Part shown: positions 54,314-63,527 of the stretch, one piece after another | How the letters are laid out: each line of letters begins with the position of its first letter | Numbering within the stretch: position 1 is the first letter of the stretch | From: an uncultured Gammaproteobacteria bacterium | GTDB lineage: Bacteria; Pseudomonadota; Gammaproteobacteria; Steroidobacterales; Steroidobacteraceae | NCBI GenBank assembly: GCA_963793895.1 | Contig: CAWCBV010000004.1 | Location: 304,704 to 368,703 of the forward strand | Reading direction: 5' to 3' | Length of the DNA stretch: 64,000 bases | Program-made: the position numbers and the translations under genes | Notes under the pieces: model-generated | The model's database searches: none | What the model was told of the DNA's origin: nothing | What the model saw: only the letters and a program-made list of their open reading frames with translations

Positions 54314-57010
54314 ATGACACTAACGATTGCTCAGATGTCGGTGATGAGCCGCCTGCTCGATGAGGCGCTGCCGCTCGATGAAGCTGCTCGCCGCGCCTGG
54401 CTTGAGAAGCAATCACCCCGGTATCCGGATCTCGCCCAACACTTGCGCGAAGCGCTGCTGCCGCAAAATTCTCAGGCTGCGTATTCCAAATCATCGTTGA
54501 CGCTGCCGGGGCTCGCATTCGCCCAAGAGGCGAGTGCCGCGCCCGCGAGCGGCCTGCAACCGGGCGCACGGGTGGGCCCGTACGAGTTAATTCGGCTCCT
54601 CGGTGCCGGGGGCATGGCCGAGGTGTGGCTCGCCAGGCGTGCCGACGGTGCCTTCAAGCGCGAGGTGGCTCTGAAGCTTCCGATGAGCAGCCGCCTGCGC
54701 AAGGACCTCGAGCCGCGTTTTGCCAGAGAGCGCGACATTCTGGCGAGCCTCGAGCATCCCCATATCGCGCGTTTCTACGATGCCGGGATCGATCCGAACG
54801 GGTTGCCGTACGTGGCGATGGAGTACGTCCAAGGACAACCGCTGACGGAGTGGTGCGATGCTCAACGTCTCGGCATCCCTGCCCGCCTGGAATTATTCCG
54901 GCAGGTACTCGAAGCCGTGCAATACGCGCACGAAAAACGGGTCATCCACCGTGACCTCAAGCCCTCCAACATTCTGGTGACCGAGTCCCATCAGGTGCGG
55001 CTGCTGGACTTTGGCGTCTCCAGGCTGCTGGAGGCGGAGGAGTCGGACCGGACTCCACTCACGAGTGTTTACGGTCGGGCATTTACGCCGGATTACGCCA
55101 GTCCCGAGTTGCTGCGCGGCGATCCGATCGATGCGCGCAGTGACATCTATTCACTGGGTGTGGTGCTCTACGAGATGCTGACCGGCGTTCGTCCCTACCG
55201 ACTGAAGCGCGCGGCGGCGATCGGAATGCTCGATCAGGCGATCGGCACGGTCGAGGTGAAAAAACCCAGCACGCAGTCTGCGCAGGCCGCGAGCGCTCAC
55301 CGTGGCACCACGCCAGAGAGTTTGACGCGGCAGCTGCGCGGCGATCTGGACGCCATCACGCTCAAGGCACTCGCGAGGGAACCTGCTGAGCGGTATCCGA
55401 GCGCCGCCGCCCTGGCGCAGGATCTACGGCGCTATATCGAGGGAAAACCTATCGAGGCGCGCCCGGCCCGATTCACCGATCGGCTGCGCAAGTTCGTACG
55501 TCGCAATAAGACGGTGGTGGGGGTCACCGCGACGGCAGCCGCAGCAATTCTTGCAACGATCGGATACACGCTACACCGTGAAACTGTAGCCCGGGCAAAG
55601 ATCGCGGCGAGCACAGGCGCTGTATCGGCGCCGTTGGTCGCCGCTTCCCTGTCCCCGACGCACTCGATCGTTGTCCTGCCATTTGTCGATATGAGCGAGA
55701 AGAAGGACCAGGAGTATTTCTCTGACGGCCTGTCGGAGGAGCTGATCGAGCTGCTCGGCAAGACGCCCGGACTGCGGGTCATCCCGCGGACGTCATCCTT
55801 TTACTTCAAGGCAAGGGCGGAAACGCTTGAGACGATTGCCGCGCAGCTGCGTGTCGCGAATGTACTAGAAGGTAGCGTCCGCAAGGCCGGCAATCGACTG
55901 CGAGTCACCGCACAGCTCATTCGCGCGGATACCAGCGAGCAGCTTTGGTCTGAGACCTACGATCGCGACCTGCGTGACGTCTTCAAAGTTCAGGACGAGA
56001 TCGCCGGCGCCGTGGTTTCAGCGCTGCAGATCAAACTCGCCCCCGCTCGGCAAGCAGCTAATTTGCACCGCACGTCGAATCCTGAGGCCCACAATCAGTA
56101 CCTCCTTGGTCGGCAATTCTTCGAACGCGGAACACTCGGCGGCTTTCGGCGCGCCGCCGAAGCCTTCCGTAAGGCCGTCGAACTTGATCCCCGTTACGCC
56201 GCCGCTTACGCCGAACTCGCCATAGCGGAGTCCTTCGTTGCGGATCCCAGCGGTGATGCGGCAGGGCAGCAGCAAGCCCTGGCGGCGGCGGACAAGGCGG
56301 TAGAGCTGGCTCCGGACGATGCCGACGCCTATGCGACGCGCGGCTATATGCGACTTAGGCGCACCTGGGATTGGAGGGGAGCACAGGCGGATCTTGAGAA
56401 GGCGCTGACTTACGATTCGACCAACAGCGCGCTGCAGTGGCTATACGTGACGCTGCTAGCTGACTTCGGCCGGCGGCCTGAGGCGATGGCGGCGGCGAAA
56501 AAGGCAACCGAGCTGGACCCGTTATCGGCCACGGCGTGGCTGGCCCTCGCCTGGAACCTCGCCGACAACCGGCAGTTTGCAGCCGCCCACGAGGCCCTTC
56601 GCCGGGCACTCGAGATCCAACCCGAATCGACTATTCTCCTGGCTTCTCTTGGGGGACTCCAGTTGGATGAGGGCAACGCCACGGAGTCGCTGGCCACGTA
56701 CCGGCAAGTGAGTGATGAGGAAGTTCGTCTGTTCGGCGTCGCGAGGGCCGAGCATACGCTCGGTCACGCCAAAGAGTCGCAACAGGCACTCGATCAGTTT
56801 ATAGCCAAGGCGGGGCAAGCGAAGGCTTACGACATCGCGGAGATCTATGCGTGGCGCGGCGAGAAGGATAAAGCTTTCGAATGGCTGGATCGGGCGTACC
56901 AACAGCACAGTAGCGATCTGTACGGTGTCAGGAGCGATGCGTCTCTCGCGTCGCTTCGCGGCGACGCTCGCTTCGCCGCGCTGCTGAGGAAGATGAACCT
57001 GCCGGAGTGA
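54314..57010 (+). CDS. Transmembrane Ser/Thr protein kinase with a periplasmic TolB-N-like domain and TPR repeats
   Basis: 898 aa. Hanks kinase motifs are present: GAGGMAEVW, VALK, HRDLKPSNILV, DFG, SPE. One TM follows. The sensor half is paralogous to the TIR protein (VLPFVDMSEKKDQEYFSDGLSEELIELL...; C-terminus ...AWRGEKDKAFEWLDRAYQQ...LLRKMNLPE). Confidence 0.9.
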   Translation: MTLTIAQMSVMSRLLDEALPLDEAARRAWLEKQSPRYPDLAQHLREALLPQNSQAAYSKSSLTLPGLAFAQEASAAPASGLQPGARVGPYELIRLLGAGGMAEVWLARRADGAFKREVALKLPMSSRLRKDLEPRFARERDILASLEHPHIARFYDAGIDPNGLPYVAMEYVQGQPLTEWCDAQRLGIPARLELFRQVLEAVQYAHEKRVIHRDLKPSNILVTESHQVRLLDFGVSRLLEAEESDRTPLTSVYGRAFTPDYASPELLRGDPIDARSDIYSLGVVLYEMLTGVRPYRLKRAAAIGMLDQAIGTVEVKKPSTQSAQAASAHRGTTPESLTRQLRGDLDAITLKALAREPAERYPSAAALAQDLRRYIEGKPIEARPARFTDRLRKFVRRNKTVVGVTATAAAAILATIGYTLHRETVARAKIAASTGAVSAPLVAASLSPTHSIVVLPFVDMSEKKDQEYFSDGLSEELIELLGKTPGLRVIPRTSSFYFKARAETLETIAAQLRVANVLEGSVRKAGNRLRVTAQLIRADTSEQLWSETYDRDLRDVFKVQDEIAGAVVSALQIKLAPARQAANLHRTSNPEAHNQYLLGRQFFERGTLGGFRRAAEAFRKAVELDPRYAAAYAELAIAESFVADPSGDAAGQQQALAAADKAVELAPDDADAYATRGYMRLRRTWDWRGAQADLEKALTYDSTNSALQWLYVTLLADFGRRPEAMAAAKKATELDPLSATAWLALAWNLADNRQFAAAHEALRRALEIQPESTILLASLGGLQLDEGNATESLATYRQVSDEEVRLFGVARAEHTLGHAKESQQALDQFIAKAGQAKAYDIAEIYAWRGEKDKAFEWLDRAYQQHSSDLYGVRSDASLASLRGDARFAALLRKMNLPE

Positions 57011-57107
57011 GACTGAGCTGAGCCGCGCTAACCGAATGTCCCTGCGTGCTAGGCGAGGTTCGGTCGAAAGCGGCCGACAAACGCTTCCCGGCCTCTCATG
57101 CGTGGCA

Positions 57108-57266
57108 TGCGGGAGATTTGCGGGAGTCGGTCGTGCTCAGTTGTGCTTCGTGGTGCCAATTGCAACGGGCGCCCCTTGGCAAGTTGTTGAACCTACAGGT
57201 TACCTTGAGCCAATGACTGCGCTCATAATGCCAGGGTCGAGGGTTCGAGTCCCTCCCTTTCCACCA
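57108..57266 (+). repeat. Conserved arm plus tRNA-Met 3'-half repeat (terminal att copy)
   Basis: 57222-57266 matches the last 45 nt of the tRNA with 1 mismatch. It ends 1 nt before the stop codon of the convergent Crp-like gene. Confidence 0.85.
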
Positions 57267-57267
57267 C

Positions 57268-58008
57268 TTACTGAAGCACCCGACGCGGCAGCAGGCGTTC
57301 GCTTTCTTTCCTGACCACCGCGTAACACTCGCAACACAGCTGTTCCAGTCGTGGCCGGTTCAGCACCGTGATCTGACCGCGGTTGTATTTGATCACGCCA
57401 AGCTTCTGCAACTTGCCAGCGGCCTCGGTGACACCTTCACGGCGGACGCCAAGCATGTTGGCGATCAGATCCTGCGTCATGGTCAATTGGTTAGCTGACA
57501 GGCGATCGAGTGACAGAAGTAGCCAGCGGCATAGTTGCTGGTCCACCGAGTGATGGCGATTGCAGACTGCAGTCTGCGCCATCTGCGTGAGCAGAGCCTG
57601 GGTGTAGCGCAGCAGCAGAAGTTGCATCGGACCATTTCGATGGAACTCTTCCTTGAGCTGCTGTCCGATCAGCCGGTAAGCGTGACCGGCGCTTTGCACA
57701 ATCGCCCGACTCGGGGTGGTTTCACCGCCCATGAACAGCGCGATGCCGATGAGCCCTTCGTTGCCAACCACCGAAATTTCCGCCGACGCGCCATCTGTCA
57801 GGACGTACAACAGGGATACGATGGAATCGATCGGAAAATACACGTGTCGCAGGACATCGCCGGACTCGTACAAGACCTTGCCGAGCGGCAGCGGGACGAG
57901 CTGCAGGTGCGGGAAGAGTCGAGTCCGCTCCGCTGCGGACAGCGCCGCCAGCAGGTGATTTTGTAGTGGATCGTGGGAGCCGGGCATGGAGAGCCTCGCG
58001 CTGGTCAA
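57268..58008 (-). CDS. Crp/Fnr-family transcriptional regulator (paralog A)
   Basis: 246 aa with a cNMP-binding-like domain and an HTH (MTQDLIANMLGVRREGVTEAAGKLQKLGVI). It aligns along its full length with the divergent neighbour. Confidence 0.85.
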   Translation of the reverse strand: MTSARLSMPGSHDPLQNHLLAALSAAERTRLFPHLQLVPLPLGKVLYESGDVLRHVYFPIDSIVSLLYVLTDGASAEISVVGNEGLIGIALFMGGETTPSRAIVQSAGHAYRLIGQQLKEEFHRNGPMQLLLLRYTQALLTQMAQTAVCNRHHSVDQQLCRWLLLSLDRLSANQLTMTQDLIANMLGVRREGVTEAAGKLQKLGVIKYNRGQITVLNRPRLEQLCCECYAVVRKESERLLPRRVLQ

Positions 58009-58059
58009 CCACGGCGCTATTCAGTGCCTGAAGCATAGCTGAAATTCCGCGGACGCACT

Positions 58060-58096
58060 GTGTTCGCTAGAGAACACTTTTGTTCGGAGGCGAACA
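58060..58096. promoter_or_regulatory. Two tandem TGTTC-N6-GAACA palindromes in the divergent Crp-like intergenic region
   Basis: The first is gTGTTCgctagaGAACAc at 58060-58077. The second is TGTTCggaggcGAACA at 58081-58096. Their centres are 20 nt apart. Confidence 0.55.
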
Positions 58097-58238
58097 TAAT
58101 TGCTTGTTTTTGCTACACTAAATTATACTTACAAATCACCGCGGTAGCTTTCGACTGGATCACGTCCGCGCTCGACCGAGGCTCGAAGATTGGCTCCCCG
58201 AAGGAGTTGCACACGCGGGCACGCTGGGGGGTTCTCAA

Positions 58239-58979
58239 TTGGTTGGCGCACGACAAGTTTCGGATCCGAACCACCTGCTTGCTGCGTTGCCCCGCAAGGA
58301 TTACCGCAAACTGCTGCCCCTCCTGGCACCGGTGAAGCTGGCCTTCGGGGAGATTCTCTATGAATCCCAGTCTCAGATTCGCGACGTGTACTTTCCCAAC
58401 GACTGCTTCGTCTCAATGCTGACTACCGTGGACGACGACAAGGCTGCGGAGGTCGGACTGATCGGTTCTGAGGGCATGATTGGGGTTCCTATGGCGCTGG
58501 GGGTCGCCGTCTCGCCTTTTCGGGCGGTGGTACAAGGCGAAGGCACAGCGATGCGGATGACGACAGCAGACTTTCGCCGCCATTTCAGCACCAGCGCTGC
58601 GTTGAAGAGAGAGGTGTTCCTCTTTACCCACTTGCTCATGATCCAGATCGCGCAGACCGCGGCGTGCAACCGCTTCCACGTGGTGACGCAGCGCATGGCT
58701 CGTTGGTTGTTGATGACCCATGATCGCGTCAACTCCAACGAGTTTCGCATTACGCAGGAATTTCTTGCGCTCATGCTGGGCGTGCGGCGCGTGGGCGTCA
58801 GCGTGGCAATGTGCGCCCTGCGGGACCGCAAGGTCATCTCCTACCGGCGCGGCACCATCAGGATCCTCGACCAGGGAGGCCTCGTAGCAGCTGCCTGCAG
58901 CTGCTACAAAACTGTCAAAGACACGTATTCCCGGGCGCAAGCTCACAAGGGGAATTCTCGGCCAGCGCATCACAAGTAA
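58239..58979 (+). CDS. Crp/Fnr-family transcriptional regulator (paralog B)
   Basis: 246 aa with the same architecture. The HTH is ITQEFLALMLGVRRVGVSVAMCALRDRKVI. Confidence 0.85.
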   Translation: MVGARQVSDPNHLLAALPRKDYRKLLPLLAPVKLAFGEILYESQSQIRDVYFPNDCFVSMLTTVDDDKAAEVGLIGSEGMIGVPMALGVAVSPFRAVVQGEGTAMRMTTADFRRHFSTSAALKREVFLFTHLLMIQIAQTAACNRFHVVTQRMARWLLMTHDRVNSNEFRITQEFLALMLGVRRVGVSVAMCALRDRKVISYRRGTIRILDQGGLVAAACSCYKTVKDTYSRAQAHKGNSRPAHHK

Positions 58980-59322
58980 CACGGGCGGCACTGCGCACAC
59001 CTGCGCAGTGCTCGAAGCGCTGTGCCTCCCGTACCTGTTAAGGGGAGGGCTGCTCTAGCCTTAGTGCTCCACCGCACGGACGCCGCGCATCGGCGCCTGA
59101 TATACCAGAGCTCTAGACAATCGCGCCTCCACCTGAACCTAGTTATCAAAAAATGGCGAGCGCGTGTCCCTGCGGGGTGCCTTTGGGGCACCTCGCATTC
59201 GTTGTCCTCGACGACATGTCCTACTCCTGCGCGGTCGAGCGGCAGAATCGCAGGCGAAACGGAGAGTGCGCATCATTGGTGCCGTGCGTCAACAGCGGCC
59301 GATCAAATGAGCGGGGAGCAAT

Positions 59323-59766
59323 ATGAGCTACGTCGATAGCAATCTCTTGCCGGGGGAGCAGGTTACGTTTCGCACGCACCTTTCACTGGTCATCTTCACG
59401 GTACCGGTGGCTCTCGCGGTCGTGGCGCTGGTCTTTTATCTGATTGGTCCGGGGACGCGGATGGTTGGCCATCTCTGTCTACTCGGTGCGCTCGCGGTTG
59501 GGGCGGTGAAATACTTCGACTACGCCACCTCCGAATTCGCCGTAACGAACAAACGGATCATCATCAAGGTCGGCTTTCTAAAACGGCGAACGCTCGAAAT
59601 GCAGGTTCAGAAGGTCGAGACGGTGGCGGTTAACCAAGGCATCGGCGCCCGGATTCTTGGCTATGGGGACATTCTCGTCACCGGAACGGGTGGAACCAAG
59701 GAAGCTTTTGGGCACGTCAGCGCACCGTTGAAACTGCGTCACGCGGTACAAGCCGCATCGGTCTGA
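59323..59766 (+). CDS. Bacterial PH-domain (bPH_2/YdbS-like) membrane protein
   Basis: 147 aa with two TMs. EFAVTNKRIIIKVGFLKRRTLEMQVQKVETVAV is typical of bPH_2. Confidence 0.75.
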   Translation: MSYVDSNLLPGEQVTFRTHLSLVIFTVPVALAVVALVFYLIGPGTRMVGHLCLLGALAVGAVKYFDYATSEFAVTNKRIIIKVGFLKRRTLEMQVQKVETVAVNQGIGARILGYGDILVTGTGGTKEAFGHVSAPLKLRHAVQAASV

Positions 59767-59886
59767 GGCATGAGCCTACTAGCGCAGACACCAGTGATGC
59801 ACCCTCTGCTCGACCAGAAAGGCTTCGGCGGCGCCTTCCTGCAGTGAAACCCCGGGGTCGCACAGCCGTATAGTGCAGGGTTCCCG

Positions 59887-62058
59887 TTACCTGGCGATCC
59901 CCAACGCCTCTGCAATTCTCGCCGCGACGAGATAGGCATCGCCGTGGGGTTGGTCCGGGTAGTGCTGCGCACCGCGATTCCAGGCGTCCCCGATCGCGAA
60001 CCAGTCAATGGGCTGCGCGGGCCGGCCGGTGCGCAGCTCATCGTCGAGCGAGCGAAAGTAGAGTGCCCAGCGCACGCGGTAGTAGTCCCGGGTCAACCCG
60101 GCCCAGTCCCGGTTGCCATAGTCATGCAGATTGGCGCCGTCACTCGCCTGCCGATCACCCCAGGTCGTGAGGATCGAACGCGCGTCATAGTTCAGACGTG
60201 CGCGCTCCAGCGGCGTTGAAGCCCAGGGTTGCACGTAGGCAAGCCAGGTTCCGACCAGGAACGAGCGATCGGTAGCGAGCAGTTGCTCCTGCAGATCCAT
60301 CAGTCGCAGCCAGCGTTGCGTCAATGCCTCGAACTGCAGGCGATTCCTCGAGTTGTAAGCCGCCTTGATCTGCGGCAACAGCGCGCGACTTTCATTGGCA
60401 AGCGTCTGGCGTCCAACATCCACCAGATCGTACGAGCTGGTGCGCAGCCGAGGCGCCGCTCGCAGCAGCTCGGGCAGTGCGCGCTTAAAAGCTTCGGCGT
60501 CATAGCGCATCGCCTCGGGCGACCAGTTCGATGCTCGGTCTGCGCTGAGGCTGGGACGTGCGTTGAATAACGACTCCTGTGCCGCATCGCGCTCGCTGTT
60601 GAATGCCACGTCGTCGATGCGTATGTTGTAGGCGGTATCCCGCAGCACCTTCCAGGCAGCTAGCGCGTGCACATCGGCCGCAGCGTAACGGCGCTGCACA
60701 TACTCGCTGGTCCATGCGCAGACATCGAGCGGCTCGTTGCGCCAGGCCATCTCCGTGAAAAGGTCGAAGGCAAACGGATTGGTATCCATGCCTTCGGTAA
60801 AGACAGCGGTTCCTGCCATGTTGCCGTTGGTGCGGCCCAGACGCTGCAGCCTGGCCGTGATGTTGCTGACGTCAGCACCCAGCGTGGTACGCCCGCCGAA
60901 CTCCCAGATGCCGCCAAATAGGAATGGCGCGCCCTGGAAATCTCTCTGCCGATCGTCACGCGGTACGCGGTCATGATCGATGTCGATCACGAGCAGATGC
61001 CGGCGGTCGACGCCGGAGAGCAGCTCCCTGCGGGGGTTACCCTGCCAGGCGAGCATCATCCAGTTCGCCTGCGGGTGCGCTGCGAACAGCGCGTTCTGCA
61101 CGGCACGGGCCGCGTCGGGCACCGGTACGTCGCCGGAGGCTCCGCCTTCCTGGAACACCTCCATGTCATAGATGCTGCTGTCGCCGAACAGCTCGTGTTG
61201 ATGCCGATAAAATGCGGTCGCGAGTTGCGCAAACATCGGGTCGCGCGGATCCAGCCAATCGGGTCGCGTAAAGCCTGCCCATTCGCCCTGTGGGATGACG
61301 TGGACGCTGGGGAATCTGTCATGAAAGTCATTCGGCACGATGCCGTAAAAGCCCGGCAGCACGGGTGTAATGCCCAGTTCCCGCAGGCGAGCGATGATCT
61401 TCTGCGCGGAGGCTACGCGCTTTTGCAGCAGTTCACGGCTGATCGGGCCGTTGAAGCAGCACAGGTTGCCCATCAGCTGCCAGTTCTGATGGGCCGGCTG
61501 GGTAATCCAGCCGCGAATCTCCTGGTCCGAGTAGCCGAAGTCGCGGAACGTCCGGTAGAGCACCATATCGGTGCCGCGCTCGATGATGATTGCGTTGATA
61601 CCGGACAGGGCGAGTACGTCTATTTCCCGCTGCCAGCGCGGCCAATCCCAGTACGGTGAGGTGTAGCCATCGACGTTCTCGTTGAGCGCATACCGGTAGG
61701 CGTAAGGGGTTTGCATTTCAATTGCGGCGACCGGCAAGGGAAAGTCGCGCGCGGTGCCGAGTTGATCCCCGGCAGATGAGATATGCACCTGCGCGACGTA
61801 CTTCAGGTACCAGTTCACGCCGAACAGCAGCGCGCTCGCTGTGCTGCCCTCGATCCTGATGTGCCCATGCGCGCTCGAGATGCGGAATCTCTCGCGACCA
61901 GTCGTCGATTCAATCGCACCCAGCTCGAACTGCGCGGCGTGCCGTGGTAGCAGTCGTTGCAGGACGCCTTGGGCAGAATGGACATCAAGGCCGGGTGATG
62001 CCACGGCATGAGCCAACAGCGTCAGGAAGAGCAACAGAGCTTCAAGGCGAGCGATCAT
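59887..62058 (-). CDS. Alpha-N-acetylglucosaminidase (GH89, NAGLU-like), secreted
   Basis: The ATG at 62058 gives the signal peptide MIARLEALLLFLTLLAHAVA. The NAGLU N-terminal, TIM-barrel and C-terminal regions are recognisable (YWDWPRWQREIDVLALSGINA). The ORF-track start at 62109 would overlap the upstream gene. Confidence 0.8.
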   Translation of the reverse strand: MIARLEALLLFLTLLAHAVASPGLDVHSAQGVLQRLLPRHAAQFELGAIESTTGRERFRISSAHGHIRIEGSTASALLFGVNWYLKYVAQVHISSAGDQLGTARDFPLPVAAIEMQTPYAYRYALNENVDGYTSPYWDWPRWQREIDVLALSGINAIIIERGTDMVLYRTFRDFGYSDQEIRGWITQPAHQNWQLMGNLCCFNGPISRELLQKRVASAQKIIARLRELGITPVLPGFYGIVPNDFHDRFPSVHVIPQGEWAGFTRPDWLDPRDPMFAQLATAFYRHQHELFGDSSIYDMEVFQEGGASGDVPVPDAARAVQNALFAAHPQANWMMLAWQGNPRRELLSGVDRRHLLVIDIDHDRVPRDDRQRDFQGAPFLFGGIWEFGGRTTLGADVSNITARLQRLGRTNGNMAGTAVFTEGMDTNPFAFDLFTEMAWRNEPLDVCAWTSEYVQRRYAAADVHALAAWKVLRDTAYNIRIDDVAFNSERDAAQESLFNARPSLSADRASNWSPEAMRYDAEAFKRALPELLRAAPRLRTSSYDLVDVGRQTLANESRALLPQIKAAYNSRNRLQFEALTQRWLRLMDLQEQLLATDRSFLVGTWLAYVQPWASTPLERARLNYDARSILTTWGDRQASDGANLHDYGNRDWAGLTRDYYRVRWALYFRSLDDELRTGRPAQPIDWFAIGDAWNRGAQHYPDQPHGDAYLVAARIAEALGIAR

Positions 62059-62065
62059 CGGACAA

Positions 62066-63340
62066 TTACGAAAATCGCGTCCGCTCCCACAAGCTCCACG
62101 TGCCCGCAATCAAGCTCAGCAGCAGGACCCCACTCAGAACCGCAATCCAGCGGATATCCATCCCGAGTGGCGGCACCACGGCCCGTACACCCAGCCACAC
62201 AAAGAGGCCCGTTGCGGAGGCGACAATCGCATAGTCCCACCAGTAACGCCGTTCGCCGCGCACCGGGAAATCCTCCCCCTCCATCGAGGCGATCGTCCGG
62301 TCATGATCCAAGCCGTAACGGCTGCACTCCCGCAGCACTGCCTCGTTCGTCAACGACATCTCCCGTGCCGACGCCACCGCCGTACTGATGGCCAGCGCCC
62401 CCAGGATCATCACAATTGAACCGGCCACGACCAGCAGCTCGTGCGCATGGTCAGCGGTCGCCAGCTCACCAAAGACCAGCGCACCCCACGCCAGCCCCCA
62501 CAACTGATTTGTGTTGGAGAGCGGAATCCCGCGCCCAATCCCCAGGTACTTGGTTGCGAACTGCTGAAACAGGTCGCCGATCACCCACATAAACCCGCCC
62601 AGGAACAGCCAGAACACCGCGCCGCGAACATGCAGTAACTGGAACGCCGACGAGTTCCATCCGCCGTCGAGCGCCAGCGTCAGGGCCAGCACCGTGCCCA
62701 GCTCTCCCACGGTAAACACCGTGACGAACGACAGCGGATTCATCCCACTCAGATAAGCCTTGCGGTACGGGACATACATCGTCCCCCACATCAGGCTCGC
62801 GCCGATCGCGGCAATGATTCCGCTCAAGGCTCTGTGCCCCAACGCCATTTCGCCATTGAGCGTACTGAAGCCGAGCATCACGGCCGCAATGACGATGCAC
62901 ACCGCACCCACCACCACCTTGCCGATGTTCTTCGCGCTCGCTCCCTTCAACTCGCTGAACAGCACCCGGCCCCAGAACAGGCCGATGAGCGAATTCATGT
63001 TCCACAAGGGAAACGCCACCGCCAACCCCACCTCGCGGATTGCGAACACGGTCAGCGTGTTCGCCACGGCCCACAGCGCTCCCGCCAGCAGCGCCCAGAC
63101 GATCAGGTGCTTGCGCTCGAGCAAGTCGGTAAAGACGTAAGTCGTTCCCTTGAGCAGCGCAGGAAAGGTCCACCGCGCCGTAAATACCCCCGCGACCATG
63201 CAAAGCGAAATGGCAAAAGGGGAGTACCCCGCCGTCACCAGCTTGGTCGGAGCCTCGGCGGCACCCAGCCAAACCCCGGCCGTCAATCCGCAGATCACCC
63301 CAAGACCATGCAGCGATAGCCCCTTTTTTTGCATCCTCAT
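62066..63340 (-). CDS. DMT-superfamily sugar transporter (GRP/TMEM144-like)
   Basis: 424-aa polytopic membrane protein. It lies upstream of and close to the GH89 gene. The family call comes from the overall pattern only. Confidence 0.5.
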   Translation of the reverse strand: MRMQKKGLSLHGLGVICGLTAGVWLGAAEAPTKLVTAGYSPFAISLCMVAGVFTARWTFPALLKGTTYVFTDLLERKHLIVWALLAGALWAVANTLTVFAIREVGLAVAFPLWNMNSLIGLFWGRVLFSELKGASAKNIGKVVVGAVCIVIAAVMLGFSTLNGEMALGHRALSGIIAAIGASLMWGTMYVPYRKAYLSGMNPLSFVTVFTVGELGTVLALTLALDGGWNSSAFQLLHVRGAVFWLFLGGFMWVIGDLFQQFATKYLGIGRGIPLSNTNQLWGLAWGALVFGELATADHAHELLVVAGSIVMILGALAISTAVASAREMSLTNEAVLRECSRYGLDHDRTIASMEGEDFPVRGERRYWWDYAIVASATGLFVWLGVRAVVPPLGMDIRWIAVLSGVLLLSLIAGTWSLWERTRFS

Positions 63341-63527
63341 TCGGCTAACTCAATGCAACCAAAAGAGCGATGCCAATCAGGAGCACGCAGAAAGGCACCC
63401 AGAAGTGACTATCTCCAACAATTTTCTTTGCCTCGCGAGAAAAGCTCATTCAATCCACCCCCAACGTCGCGGCTCCCGCTCCGTCACGCCAAGCGATGCC
63501 AATGCGGGTCGTCTCCGCGCACGGCGC

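Larger units (their letters stand above)
35548..57266. mobile_element. Composite genomic island / tandem cassette array at the tRNA-Met 3' end; no recombinase seen
   Basis: It is bounded by the tRNA and by a 45-nt direct repeat of the tRNA 3' half at 57222-57266. Internal repeats lie at 38248-38281, 46022-46065, 47583-47627 and 48782-48811. Composition is patchy and lower in G+C, with IS debris and accessory cargo. Confidence 0.8.

Noticed and set aside
57108-57221. The conserved arm as a small protein, a full tRNA, or a structured sRNA
   Set aside because: Copies differ by a 1-nt indel, and stops occur in every frame. No 5' acceptor strand is present to complete a tRNA. Only one short hairpin shows partial compensation, which is not enough to call an RNA gene.
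35548-57266. Integron-like or CRISPR-like interpretation of the repeat array
   Set aside because: No intI-type gene is present. The repeats lack RYYYAAC/GTTRRRY attC ends. They are tRNA-derived and spaced 1-8 kb apart, which is far too widely for CRISPR spacers. The tRNA-att explanation fits all copies.
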